This document shows, in pieces, positions 13,490-27,259 of a stretch of DNA of 64,000 nucleotides (its first letter is position 1; every line of letters begins with the position of its first letter). A program made the position numbers and the translations under genes. The DNA comes from Octopus bimaculoides. Taxonomy: Eukaryota. The notes beneath the pieces are model-generated. The model was not told where the DNA came from. It saw nothing but the letters and a program-made list of their open reading frames with translations, and did not search any database. The stretch lies in NCBI RefSeq assembly GCF_001194135.2, contig NC_068981.1, positions 67,755,638-67,819,637 of the forward strand. Reading direction: 5' to 3'.

Positions 13490-15077
13490 AAGGCTTTACT
13501 ATAACAGGAGGAATGTTATAGGTATCTAGGGGTGGATGAAAATATATCTTATAATGGCACCTGTAACAAAACACTTGCCAGTAAAGAATATTACCGCCGA
13601 ATAAAGAAAATTTGTTCCTCAGAACTCTTTACATTCAATAAAACAGTGGCCCACAATGTGTTTGCAGTGCCAGTACTCATACTAACATTTGAGCTGCTTG
13701 ATTGGACGCTTGATGATATCCGAGCCATTGATATGAAAACCCGAAAAATACTAACAAGCACTCATAATTTCCACATAAACAGTGACGTATACCACCTCTA
13801 CCTAAAGCGTAAACAAGGCGGCAGAGGCTTAACATCGATCCAAAATTCCTTTGAATGTCGGCAACATCTTTTAACCACCATGTGTCGAAGTGCATCCCTT
13901 GAACAAGTTTGGTTGATAACATCATAAGACTTGGAAGGCAGCTCCTTGAGTAACACACTGTGTCTGATAACCTAAGCCCAAAGAAGTTGCATGACTCTAC
14001 CGCAACGCGTTATAAGATGAAAGGATGAGCCTATATGAGCAGAAGACTATGCATGGATATATTAGTAGAATGCTCCGCGATGATAGTATCATTGATAATC
14101 AAAGCAGCTTATCATGGACGAATAGCCGGATTACTACCTACCACCTTGAAGGGTATGCATTTGCAATCCAGGAACAGGAAATATCAACCAAGTACCTGAT
14201 GCACATAAGGGATAGAGAAACAGAAAAAGCAGTAAAATGTGCCAACTGATGCAGATATTGTGGAGTTCATACTGAAGATATCACCCACATCATAAGCAGT
14301 TGTCCGAAAATGTCATGACGGTATTATCTACCGATGAGACATGACATTGTAGCTAGGACGCTCTATAATGAAATCGGTCGGAAGGATAATCCCGAGGACA
14401 AAGAAATAAAACCCCATAATATGGTAGAAGCCATAGCCACTCATAACGAAAAGGAATACTGGTGGAATGTCCCAGTGAAGACCTCAATAAAATGCAAGCA
14501 CAACACACCTGGTTTGTGATAGAGAAGAGAAACTGAGCACAGTTGTGGAAATTAGCTGCCCAGCTGATGTTAACATAAAGTTGAAGAACAGTGGCAAAGA
14601 GAACACCTATGCTGAACTATTGAGAAACCTGCAATTACTCTATCCAGATTACAAGTTCAGGCTTATACCTGTAATTATTGTGGCCCTGGGATATGTAACA
14701 TATCTAAATACAAATCTTGAGACATCAGGCTTTTCAAAACCAGAAAAGAGAAAGCTAATTCGAAGACTACAGATCCAATCCGTCACTAGAACTGTGAAAA
14801 TCTGTAAAACGTTCCAGAAGTTTATCATTTAAATATATATGTGCATGTCAAGATATGTAAATATTTGCATGAGAATACATTCATAAAACATACAAATCTG
14901 CACATACATACATACATACATACATACATACATAAACACACACGTCCATACATACTTACATACATACATACAAATAAAAATACCCTGTTTTTGATCTTGA
15001 AATTCCAATGAAGGAACCTTGGATCAATGTTAGAAACCGATTCTTTCGGCAAGAAAGCTTGAAATAAACTGAATAAT
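13490..15077 (+). mobile_element. 5'-truncated Dong/R4-like RLE LINE, family A, copy 1 (decayed)
   Basis: YRYLG RT motif, 'LYLKRKQGGRGL', 'YAFAIQEQEI', CCHC knuckle (CRYCG...HIISSC), 'RHDIVA', 'EISCPADVN', 'KICKTFQKFII*', then 3'UTR and (ACAT)n. Several stops and frameshifts. Confidence 0.93.
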
Positions 15078-15149
15078 GACATACATACATACATACATAC
15101 ATACATACTCATTCAAGCATCAAGTCACATATTTGAGAGACTATCTATC

Positions 15150-18100
15150 GGGAATATGATGAATACTACCTCCGAATATGAGGCCATAAATATTTTCCAT
15201 GCTAAATACCTGGTTAATTTTCAGAGGAAGTATCCGAAGGAGCCTTTTATACAAGGTCGTAATGTTTTCCGACTAAAACTTGACTTTATTATGCAGAGTT
15301 ACTACCAACAACATGACTGGATACGACAACATCAACAATAACACAAGCTGAAAATAGAACGAAGGCAACATCTCGAACTGTAAACAGACACTTTATAGCT
15401 GTACTTATAGAAGAAACTGCAACTACTAAACACATTTTACTTGGAGTTATGTACTGAATAATCATCTATTTAGCTCTTATATAAGAGTGAAACAAAACCC
15501 CGCTGTTAGACGTAGGAAGAGATTAAAAGCATACTGGGACGATCTCCATCCAGAACTGAATTTTGTTACACGAAACAATTACATTAACAAGCAACATTTA
15601 TTGAACGTAGGAAGAAAGTTAGTGAATGTAACTTTATTGAAGAAAGATTTGAAATTAACTTTATTCCAAACAGTATAAATAAATACGTGAAAGCAACTGG
15701 CCATTGTTCCTGTACTACTACTATAGTAAATAGCAGGCACAATCGCAACGATCATTGTGGTCACATTTAAATATCGGTGAAATATGCCGTTTGTAAATTT
15801 TTTTCAGATAAAACAACTTTAGGTTTGAGTACCTTAGTACCCTCTTGAAGAGAGGTTAATCTCTACCAAAGCAAACAAAAAGATTAACAGACACAGTATT
15901 TATTAACAGCTATCAATGAAACTGGATAAGAGTATTTACAGCAATGTATTGAACACACAGTGTGGCAGATTAACATCTGTCTGTATGGCCTGCCTACTAC
16001 TGCAAAGCAATACATGACCGACACTCAAATAGTAAACAAAAGCGAAACAACGAAAAGCGTGCCACCGTGGAATTCGAAGATAGAGAAAAAGATATCTGAT
16101 TTACGGAAGAACATCAGCCATGCGACAGTTCTTGTTGGTTGCCAAGAAGCAAATCACTATACGTCTCATAGTCAAAAAGTGATAGAAGATAGAAATGATG
16201 TTTGGAGATAACAAAAAGAAAAGACTCAATGGAAAACTGATCACTCTCAACCAGGTTCTAAATACCGTGTGTGAGAAACTCTGACATGAGAGGAAAATAC
16301 CGAAAGAAAAATAAGTAGAAAATTCAACCAGAATGAGAAGAGAAGCAGTAAATATCATAGAAACTCCTTCACGAGAAGACGTAGACCTCTTCTGGAGGAA
16401 AATCTGGAGGTATTCTGTGGCTGGAAGAAATTCCGAGTAATTATTGTCCGTGCATTACGCCAACACATACAGTACCGATGGAGATACCCTTGTGATTGTA
16501 ATTGAATAAAACTTCAGGATGGAAAGAAACTAACCTTCTACCGACCGTATCTTATGAATCTATATCAGTATGCTCTCAATAAAAACAGTAGCATACCGCT
16601 CTGGTTAGCTCTGTCAGAGATGAAACTGATCCCCCAAAGCAGACTCACCCACATGGCAAAACACTATGGTCAATTTCATATCAGGACTTAAAGTATAAAA
16701 TATATACGAAATGTTTAGAGATCTTCCTCCAAGGCCACTGTGAACGTAATAACACCATTACAGCAAAAGAAGCAGTTGGTAGAAGAGAGTACCGGGAAGT
16801 TTTGAGCAATTGTTGATAAACAAAACTGTTATGTCAGAGGTGCGGAAAACATATGAAGATTTTGGTTTCAATTTCGCTGGACTTTCAGAAGCCTTTGATT
16901 CTGTCACCCGCTCGTGGGTGCTACGAGCTCCTTGATTTGCTAAATTTCCAGAGAGCGTAGTCAAAGCCGTAACTGACATGGCTTCATCTCGTGCCACCAT
17001 CTTGAAGTTAAATACAAGGAATTTTTATTATCATGAATAAAATACAGTATCGCAGAGGTATATTCCAAGGAAACAGCCTTGGTGTTGCTGATATTTTCAG
17101 TAGCACGTTTGCCATTCAGGCATATGAAGTCTGTAGGGTGTCTCACTGATTCACAAGGGACAGACACTAAAATTCTACTTTAGTGTGTGTGACTGGAAAC
17201 TGAATTCTAAAAGTTTGTATGAGATGAAAAATAGCCCTGACTTGGCTTCACCGTTCTTAAAGGATATAGGGCTGGAGTTTGATGAGGATAAATGTTGCTA
17301 TAGAGTTGTGAAAAGTGGGAAAACTATTAACCGAATTAGTTACATCTCCATCAAATGTTTCTCCTAACTTGATCAAGAGTGTTGCAGGTACCTTGGAATA
17401 GATGAAAACACATCTTACGAGGGCACATGTAGCATGGATCATGTCACTAAAGAAAGCTCTAGAATGACAGTAACATTGATAATCAAAGCAGTCTATCATG
17501 AACCATCAAGCGGATTACTAACTTTGAAGGTTGTGCTTTTGCAATCAAGGAACAGGAAATAAGAACCAAATAGCTAATGCACAACCGGTACGGACTTTGT
17601 GGAGAAAATACCGAATATATCACGCATATAATAAGCAGTTGTTCAAAAATGCCATTGTGTTATTATCTACCGATGAGACATGATGTCTTAACCGAGACAC
17701 TCTACAATAAGATCCATCGCGAAGATGATGTTCAGGCTAAATAGATAAGCACGCAAAGAATGGTAGGGGCCATAGTCAATCGTAGTACGAAAGAGTACTG
17801 GTAGAATATCCCTGCGAAAATCTTTATAAATGTAAGCATAACAGACCAGATATAGTGATTTGGAACAGTGAAGTGAAACTATGTACAATAGTTGAAATCT
17901 ATTGCCCAGCTGATGTCAGCATAAAGCTAAAGGTCAGCAAAAACGAAAGCACCTACGCTGAACTACTGAATTTTCCACAGCTACTCTATCCGGATTACAG
18001 GTTCAGGTTTACGCATGTAATCATGGTATATGTAACAAACTTCCTAAGCCCCAATCTTGAGAAATTAGGCTTCTCAAAACCAGAAAAGAGAAAGCTAATT

Positions 18101-18200
18101 AGAAGATTACAGAATGAAACCATCAATGGGACAGTCATAATCTGTAAAACGTTCCACAAATTTTACATTAAAGTCTACACATGCAATTGTGTGTGTAGTA
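15150..18200 (+). mobile_element. Near full-length but heavily decayed Dong/R4-like LINE, family A, copy 2
   Basis: N-terminal 'PPWNSKIEKKISDLRKNIS', RT 'EQLLINK...DFQK.FDSV', 'RRGIFQG', 'HIISSCSKM..YYLPMRHDV', 'EIYCPADVSIKLK', 'KPEKRKLIRRLQ'. 5' boundary approximate. Confidence 0.88.
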
Positions 18201-18899
18201 AGAGGTGATAAATTTAATTTTTTTTTTACTGTAGCACGAGTTAGTTGTTTGAGACAGACACTGACCAGTTAAAGCTAGTGTTGCGAAAATTCAAACTACT
18301 TCACCCAAGTCTGAGGCGCGTCTAATAACTAAAAGTTGAGTCAGTGGCTGTGAAGACGTTAAACCGTTGATAATGTACTTCCAAGCTTCTCATTCTGTCA
18401 GCTTTAACTAGAGCCTGGAAGGTTACCTTTGTACTATTTTAGTCATTATGAAAAATGAGCTAAATTTGTTTTATGCCACTTCATTTTGCATTCGTCTTTG
18501 TTTTTTTAATCTCTTATGAAGCGTATATCGTTTTTACCCGGTTTGCTGAAATTGACGTCTACAGCAAGATTTATATCTACATTATGACGTGTGTCTTAAT
18601 TTGTATTGTATCGTGGAATTGACATCAGCTCCAATTTGAAAAACCTATAAATTGTAGTAAGTGCAACTGAATTTATTCACGTCTTACAACTGTTATTTTT
18701 TTACCAGACTGTACGTCTACATCCTAATGTTTAGCATACACCTTAATTTCTGTAATTTACGTTTGCTCAGCGTTGTTTGGAAACTGTATTAATAATTGTT
18801 TTTCTTTTGAACACAGACCCAACTCGTTTGCCTCATAATATTTATCATTGTCTTTATGGAAAACTGCCGTCTACATTTCTTGGTACACTGTCTACTGTA

Positions 18900-19205
18900 T
18901 ATTGGCTAAATTGGTGACCCCAACATGATCTGAACAAGCAATGTGAAACCATCACAATCTGTAAAACATTCCACAAATTTTGCTTTCAAGTCTAGACATG
19001 CAATTGTATGCATGAGAATACATACATAAATCAAAACACACAAATTTGCACATGCGCTGACTCTAATAATTGCATTTATGCACACAAACATGCACAAATA
19101 TCTTGCTGAAGGTTAAAATTTCAATGAGGGAGCCTTGGATCGAAATTAGAGACTGATTCTTTCTCGATTTGCAAAAAAATCTAGGTATAAAACTGAATAA
19201 CTAAC
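18900..19205 (+). mobile_element. Short 3' fragment of family A LINE, copy 3
   Basis: 'tctgtaaaacattccacaaatttt...agacatgcaattg' repeats the ORF end at 18140-18190; the 3'UTR ends 'taaaactgaataa' + acatac. Confidence 0.8.
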
Positions 19206-19587
19206 ATACATGTACACAAGCAAACATACATACATATACCTTTCTCGCTCACAGAATGTGTATATGTGTGTGTGTAGGTATGTATATGTATATGTATGTA
19301 GATAACGCTCACGCACAAGCACATATCTCTTCTTTGTAATACTTTATAAGTGGGCTCACAAAAGAAACGTCTGATCTCAGTGGGTCGAGTAGAGTGCATA
19401 TATTTGTGACAATATTCCTATGACTTCAAGTTTTACGTTAAGGACAACTTTCTTCTTATGAATGTTTCTTCTAATTCCTTTTTTTTAAAGAAACCATGAG
19501 TTGTAAATCATCTGCCTGAAGTATGCATTCATTAACTCAGAACATATCATGGAAGAATTGTAATACACACACACATATACACACACA

Positions 19588-19619
<32 letters not shown>

Positions 19620-21302
19620 TACACACACATACATATGTATGTATGTTTTTATCTATGTGTATATGTGTGTATTCATTGGTGAACTTTCATGTTCGAAAAT
19701 TACTTAACGTATAATTTGTATATTTTATTGTAAGTTCAATTTTGCTATAACGGTCCAAGAAGGTAAAAAATTATCGATAGTGAAGTAAAAATATTCGTAA
19801 ACGCATTTGGATAGGACTGGTTGCTAAACACTGCTAAAAAGAAATCATCAAACATTCATCATTTTAATTGTCATCCACCGAGCAAGAGATATTCATCCAT
19901 TCGCATGCAGAACACATGATGGATTGTCTTCAGTAGTGTATGTGTGCAACACATGGAAACATGGTCAGTGGCTATTGTTTATAAAGTTTTAATTTTGATG
20001 AGTATTAAAATCTATATCAATAAGTGACCGTCTTCCATGGTAGAGATAAAAGAATAATTGAGACAAAATCTAGATAGTAGTTGAGAATGTTTTAGTATAT
20101 ATTAGTGGCTGTGATATAGTTATAGATTTAAGTAATGAGCTGAAATATTTGTACCGCAAGGATTATTCTAAAGACTCCCGTATACAGAAACCGAACGTCA
20201 CCGAAATAACATACTAATACTTTGCCTAGATCGTTGAAGAGATTTTATTACAAAGGAGTGCATCATTACGAAGCAAATGATTTATGTTAAAAGTTCACAA
20301 TAAATACAAATCGACGTATAATTAAATTTTTTTAGGTAGACACCGAAATTTACTTACTGGTAAGTACTACTCTTAAAGGGAGGAATTGCAGTATATCAAT
20401 ATAAATTACCTAATCTACTCCAAATCCTCAGAGTTTTAATATTGGTGAGAACATATCTAGCTTATTCCCTGATCAAGAATCCTTTGACCTTGAGTTCATA
20501 ATTGCAATGGCGTATTAAAGTACAATGACTTTAAATATGGAGAATACATTACATACAGAAATTCATTCAAAATACAAAACGAAAGATAAGAAAAGGCTTA
20601 AACTAAGTTTAAAAAATGTTTTCTCATTATACTAGAGATACTGTTGTTAAGTTGAGCTACGTATGCACTAATAGACCTGTTTCAGTTGTCGGTATAAACA
20701 AGTATAATTTCCACGTGCATCAGTATCTACTGGGGTATTCCAAAATATGAACTCGCTAAAATACTATATTTACCACATAATGGATATCTCATCCCAGGAA
20801 AGATGGTCGCTTTGTAAAACAATTTAAAGATACCCCAGGAACCAACCGAAACAAAACATAATTAGTAAACCAAATTAAGACTTCACATTAACAATAGCCA
20901 CTTCTTGTTATTTTGCATTTAAATATAAAATATTGAAGATGTGGATATTTTGGAGCGGAATCATTCACACAGGTACATTTTCAAATAAAAATTTCTGACT
21001 CTTTCAACAATTAACGTACAACAATAATGAATATGCAACTATATGGAGGACAGGGAAAGGTCTTTAAGATTAAGTTTTACGTCATGGTTTATATGGAAGG
21101 AACTAGGAATATTTAACTTTATAACTATATGATATATTCAATTTTATGTTTATCATTTAGCAAATTCATTATTTATCATTGACCTATAACGGAAGAAAAA
21201 TCAACTACACTAATTGACTTTTCATTCTTTTTTCATTACAAACAAGTTAACTTGGAGAAATAAACAAAACAACAGTGTGCAAAATATATAAAATGTATAA
21301 CG

Positions 21303-21342
<40 letters not shown>

Positions 21343-23124
21343 NNNNNNNNNNNNNNNNNNNNNNNNNNNNNNNNNNNNNNNNNNNNNNNNNNNNNNNNNN
21401 NNNNNNNNNNNNNNNNNNNNNNNNNNNNNNNNNNNNNNNNNNNNNNNNNNNNNNNNNNNNNNNNNNNNNNNNNNNNNNNNNNNNNNNNNNNNNNNNNNNN
21501 NNNNNNNNNNNNNNNNNNNNNNNNNNNNNNNNNNNNNNNNNNNNNNNNNNNNNNNNNNNNNNNNNNNNNNNNNNNNNNNNNNNNNNNNNNNNNNNNNNNN
21601 NNNNNNNNNNNNNNNNNNNNNNNNNNNNNNNNNNNNNNNNNNNNNNNNNNNNNNNNNNNNNNNNNNNNNNNNNNNNNNNNNNNNNNNNNNNNNNNNNNNN
21701 NNNNNNNNNNNNNNNNNNNNNNNNNNNNNNNNNNNNNNNNNNNNNNNNNNNNNNNNNNNNNNNNNNNNNNNNNNNNNNNNNNNNNNNNNNNNNNNNNNNN
21801 NNNNNNNNNNNNNNNNNNNNNNNNNNNNNNNNNNNNNNNNNNNNNNNNNNNNNNNTATACATATAGATAAATATATATATATCGTGATGTTTATATGTAT
21901 ATATGTATGTATATGCATGTAGATATATATACAGATATACACAAGTCCATGCATGCGTATATATAAATATATGTATACAGTGGATATTTACAAACATGCG
22001 CTTGTGCAGTTAGCATAAACCTAAAATGAAGACATGAACTTACTTATTGTACAGTAAAATATCAGGACGCCAAATGTCACTAAAAGGAAGGCGGATGACG
22101 GACACATTGCCATATTTGATTGGATCCCACTGCAGCTTGTAATCGATCCAGTTCTGTGAAACAGAAAGTAAGTTCGTTATAGTTTCATGAGAAGAATAAT
22201 ATTCGGCATATTTAAATTTAAGAATGTTGTTCGATTCTAAAATATATATTCGGTTTAGTCTACTTTTGCGTAACTACTTTACATGGATGTAACGTAGTTA
22301 CATTATAACGACATGAAATTAAATTGTTGTACCACAAACTGTCACATGCGTCACCACATTTTGCTGGTGATGGTTCAAAGTATGAAATAAATGGAAAGAG
22401 GTAACATAAATTGGAATACATGACTGAAATGCTGAAAGGGCAACGCCTTGTCTGGTCCATTAATCGAAACGAAACCTGTGATAGTCAATCTAACTCTAGA
22501 AACACAAGCCTCTATATGAATGCGCATGTGTGTCTAAGTATATATCCATATGCGTATATAAATATTCTCCCTCACTCTGTCTCCCTCTCCTCTCCCTATC
22601 TCTGTATATATATCTACACACACATGTTAATTTGGATATGTGCATATATGTATGTATGTATGTATGTATATACGTACGTATGTATGTATGTATGTATGTA
22701 TGTATCTATCTATCTATCTATCTATCTATGTATCAAAAAATTAAAACAACACCAAATACTGCGTTATTAGACTACAGGAACCCTCTCATATACGGGTTCC
22801 CGAATAAAATAACGCACATAGATCCTAGCAGACGAGCATCGTCTGTCGTGGCCACCGGAACTCCTTTAACTTGTGATTTCCTTGTATTGAGAATAATCAT
22901 TGGGAGGAGTCTGGCTACCACATGCCAGTCAAACCTTGCTGTTACGATACATTGAATATCAACATCTTTTCAGATAATGATGTGGCAAATAGCCAGTCGG
23001 CTTATTAAAATTAATTATTTGTGAGAGATGCAATATTAAAACCAAAAGGTAATGTGATTTCGGCTAGAGTGAAATCATGTAATATGGGAGTTCTAGTACT
23101 CATGACAGACAATTCTCGTCGGCT

Positions 23125-23185
23125 ACGATTTCAGGAGCGATAAAATAAGTACCTATTGGAGTCGATATAATTGACTTAACCCACA
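23125..23185 (+). mobile_element. SINE 3' fragment (Meta-like family)
   Basis: 'gataaaataagtacc...ggagtcgatataattgactt'. Confidence 0.55.
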
Positions 23186-23483
23186 CCCGCGACTCGAAAC
23201 CGCTGGTTTTATTCCAAAATATGCAAGCGATATTGATACTGCTTACGTTGCTAATGAAAAATATGCATATATACATACACACACAGGCATATATATGTTG
23301 CTAATGAATTATATGCATATATACAACCATACATACATACATACATACGTACATACATACATACACACATATATATATAGATATATATATATATATGTAT
23401 ATATATATATTATTTTGTTTAAAAGAGTTCCAACACTGTCTGTTTTTTATGTTTTATATATATTCCTGCAGAACCAATGTGGG

Positions 23484-23581
23484 ATATAGAATATGGAATA
23501 TACAATATATAATATAATATACAATATATAATATTATATATTGTATATTATATTATATATTGTATATTCCATATTCTATAT
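23484..23581. repeat. Perfect 98-bp AT-rich palindrome ending at a gap
   Basis: atatagaatatggaatatacaatatataatataatatacaatatataat followed immediately by its exact reverse complement. Confidence 0.9.
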
Positions 23582-26035
23582 NNNNNNNNNNNNNNNNNNN
23601 NNNNNNNNNNNNNNNNNNNNNNNNNNNNNNNNNNNNNNNNNNNNNNNNNNNNNNNNNNNNNNNNNNNNNNNNNNNNNNNNNNNNNNNNNNNNNNNNNNNN
23701 NNNNNNNNNNNNNNNNNNNNNNNNNNNNNNNNNNNNNNNNNNNNNNNNNNNNNNNNNNNNNNNNNNNNNNNNNNNNNNNNNNNNNNNNNNNNNNNNNNNN
23801 NNNNNNNNNNNNNNNNNNNNNNNNNNNNNNNNNNNNNNNNNNNNNNNNNNNNNNNNNNNNNNNNNNNNNNNNNNNNNNNNNNNNNNNNNNNNNNNNNNNN
23901 NNNNNNNNTGCATATATACAACCATACATACATACATACATACGTACATACATACATACACACATATATATATAGATATATATATATATATATATGTATA
24001 TAATTATATTTATGTGGAGAATGGAGCAACAAATACAAGAAGAAGCAATCCTGTTGGGCTAGCCTATCATTTACCTATGTATGTATATATACATATATAT
24101 ATATTAGTACATATATATATTTGAAAACTACTGGTCAAATTCTTAAATTCCTCATTCTCTTTTGCTTTCTTAATGCACACTTTTTTGTCTCCCTTGAACA
24201 AATTTATTTTTCCGAACATCTTCCTTCCACGTTATCTTTTTCTCAAATACCACTTCCCTTGCTAATTTCTGTCATTCGGCCAAAACAGCCCTATTGAATA
24301 GTACCGGAAATATGACCTTACTTAAACTCATCATTGTTCCCACTCCCTAATTTTTTTTTTCTTTTTCCTTCTTTTAATCTTTATTTCTCTTTGCATTTAT
24401 ATTCTCTCCTATCGTGCTCTGTACACATTCTGATTGAACCGTCTATGTGTTAACATGTACCTCCTTGCTCCAATGTAAACTTTCATTTAATCAAGGTATG
24501 CTTGACCTGAAGAGTAACCTGTGGTATATAGCTTGCTTGGATGTTCACCACTTCCGAAATTCAGCTCGCTATGAAGCATGTGTAGCCTGGATCTTATCTA
24601 CTCTATTCCTTAACACTTGTATTATTATTCGCACAACCGGCAACCCTAGTAACCTACTGTGATATATAAAGAGAACTTTTTTCAGTTCATAGTACTTAAA
24701 AATGTAAGAAAATTCACAACCTTCCGTCTTGATAAATTACTATTTTCCCTCAAAGTTATTTCTTAATATTTACTACGGATTGGTTGCGGCTAAATTTTCC
24801 CTACACCACAACCTCTGGATCGTATAAATACACACACACACGCNNNNNNNNNNNNNNNNNNNNNNNNNNNNNNNNNNNNNNNNNNNNNNNNNNNNNNNNN
24901 NNNNNNNNNNNNNNNNNNNNNNNNNNNNNNNNNNNNNNNNNNNNNNNNNNNNNNNNNNNNNNNNNNNNNNNNNNNNNNNNNNNNNNNNNNNNNNNNNNNN
25001 NNNNNNNNNNNNNNNNNNNNNNNNNNNNNNNNNNNNNNNNNNNNNNNNNNNNNNNNNNNNNNNNNNNNATATATATATATATATATATATATGTTTGTGC
25101 GTGTGCATCTCATACTTATCAGCAAATGATTTTGTAAACAGTGTAGTAGCAGTATAGAGTTTTATAGACCCCATTGAGGTGAAAACTCGGGAAAGCTCAA
25201 TTATAATCTGTGTGTGTAAAATCTAATCACTTGCTAGTCATGTACATTCAGCATCAAACATTAACACTTGAAATCAGAGGAAGCTAAAATCGTATTAATA
25301 ATACATATGAATATTTCGTAGTTTTAGCGAGGAGATTTCTTCATGCCAATATTCAGCAAATGTTTAAATGAAGTAGAAAAAAATAAACATCAGAGAGATA
25401 TTTAAATATATAAAACTACCATAAAAGGTATGACGCATGAAAATGAATTAAGCTACATATATTAGAATAAATATAAATATATATGAATACAGATTTTTAT
25501 AAAAATAGACACATATCCTGTCCCTGAACATGCATCCAGCCTCAATATACATATACAATTATATGTATGCAATTCAGCTTCATCAGAGGATTGTAGGGGT
25601 ATATTAAATGAGTGTTATGGCTCTTATACACTTTCTTTCAAGAGAAAGAAAGTGATGGCATGAGTTTACAAGGACCAGTCAAAAATTTGAGAAAGATCAT
25701 ACTGACACACGGTGTATAAAACTTAAACTCTTGAAGAAATTCTACGCTTACAATGATGTACTAACAATTTTTGTGAGAAAGGAAGCTATAACAATTATGC
25801 AAATTTGTTCTGAAATTTAATTTTCTGAATACTACTGAGCATTTGGTTACTATAAACCCTCTTTTGAATTTAATTAGTGTTTATTTCAGACATTTCCATT
25901 ACTTGTAAATTCATAATGCTAGTGCGGCCGAATTCATCAAAACCCAGCAACGCTTCCGTAATATTCGAATATATAAATGATTTTAAGTGCACATTTCTAC
26001 TAGAACCGAAGGCCCATGTTCAAGGTACGAGTGTA

Positions 26036-27259
26036 CAGGGGTTGGACAAAATAATGGAAACACCTTAAAATTTCAAACAAATTTATTTTAATATGGGGTA
26101 GGACCGCTTTTGGGAGTAATTACAGCTTGAATTCTACGAGGTATGCCTTGGTACAAAGTTTGAATTGTTTCCAAAGGAATTTTTGTCCGTTCTTCAGCTA
26201 AAACAGTCTCCAATTCTTGTAGTGATGATGGTGTAGGACAACGACTTCTTACTAGTTTTTCTAAAATGCACCATAAATGTTCAATAATATAGGGATCTGG
26301 TAACTGTGGTGGCAAGATAAGATGTCCAACTTGACTAGAATATTCCTCGTGCCATTCAGTAACAACTTTAGCGATGTGAATTGAAGCATTATCATCCTGA
26401 AAGATTGCGTTTCCCTCCGGAAACAGTTCCACAAATATAGAATGAATCAGATAAAATGCTTAAATCGTATTGACTATTAATTCTGCTATGAAGTGAAAAC
26501 ATTGGGTCAGTGTATTTCCATGATATAGCCCGCCAGATCATCACAGTTCCTCCTCCATGTTTAACAGTTGGAAGAAGGCTGTCTGGGTCAAATGCTTCTT
26601 TTGGCTGTCTCCATACGTATGCTTGGCCGGTGGTCGGAAATAAGGTAAAGGATGACTCGTCCGAGAAAATAACATCTTTCCACTGCTCTATGGACCAATT
26701 CTGTAGGATTTTACTTTACTCTGAACGCTTTGCAACGCTTGTTTTTGAAAGTAGTGATTTTCTGATTGCAGCCCTTCCGTGAAATCTGGCTTTGTGTAGC
26801 TCCCAGTGAACAGTTTTTGTGGAAACTGGGTTCTCAAGGTTGTCATTAAGCTCTGCAGTAATTTGAGAGCTGATCCTTTCTAACAATTCGCGTAACAGTG
26901 AAAGTTTTATTTCGACGAGGAGGCTTCCCCTCTTTCTCAAAGGCTGTGATTGCTTTCAAGACAGCACTTCTTGATACACCAGACATTTTGGCCGTTTTCG
27001 TTACGCTAGCGCCTGCCGTACGAGCACCAGCAATTTGACCTCTTTGAAAGTCCGTTAGATCTATCATTTTAATGAATTTTAATTACCTTTTTCTGATAGT
27101 ATCAGAAAAGAAACGGCAATTTTAGCAAAACATATTAAGCAAAACTTATAATAAATAAAAGAACAACATAAAAATAAACAAACTTTTGACGGTTTTATAG
27201 ATATTCAAAAATTATGATGCTATGATGCTAGATGTTTCCATTATTTTGTCCAACCCCTG
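26036..27259 (-). mobile_element. Full-length Tc1-family DNA transposon (1224 bp)
   Basis: Perfect 27-bp TIRs CAGGGGTTGGACAAAATAATGGAAACA (26036-26062 and 27233-27259), TA on both flanks, transposase remnant inside. Confidence 0.97.
26088..27067 (-). pseudogene. Tc1 transposase (DD34E-type), disrupted
   Basis: N-terminal HTH 'DLTDFQRGQIAGARTAGAS', 'VIFSDES', 'PTVKHGGGTVMIW', 'IFQDDNASIH', 'PPQLPDPYIIEHLW'; split across frames by frameshifts and stops. Confidence 0.95.

Noticed and set aside
22054-22148. Exon-like segment ending GAAA|gtaagt (also 32500-32561)
   Set aside because: Stops in all three frames from the best acceptor; a non-coding exon cannot be supported from sequence alone.
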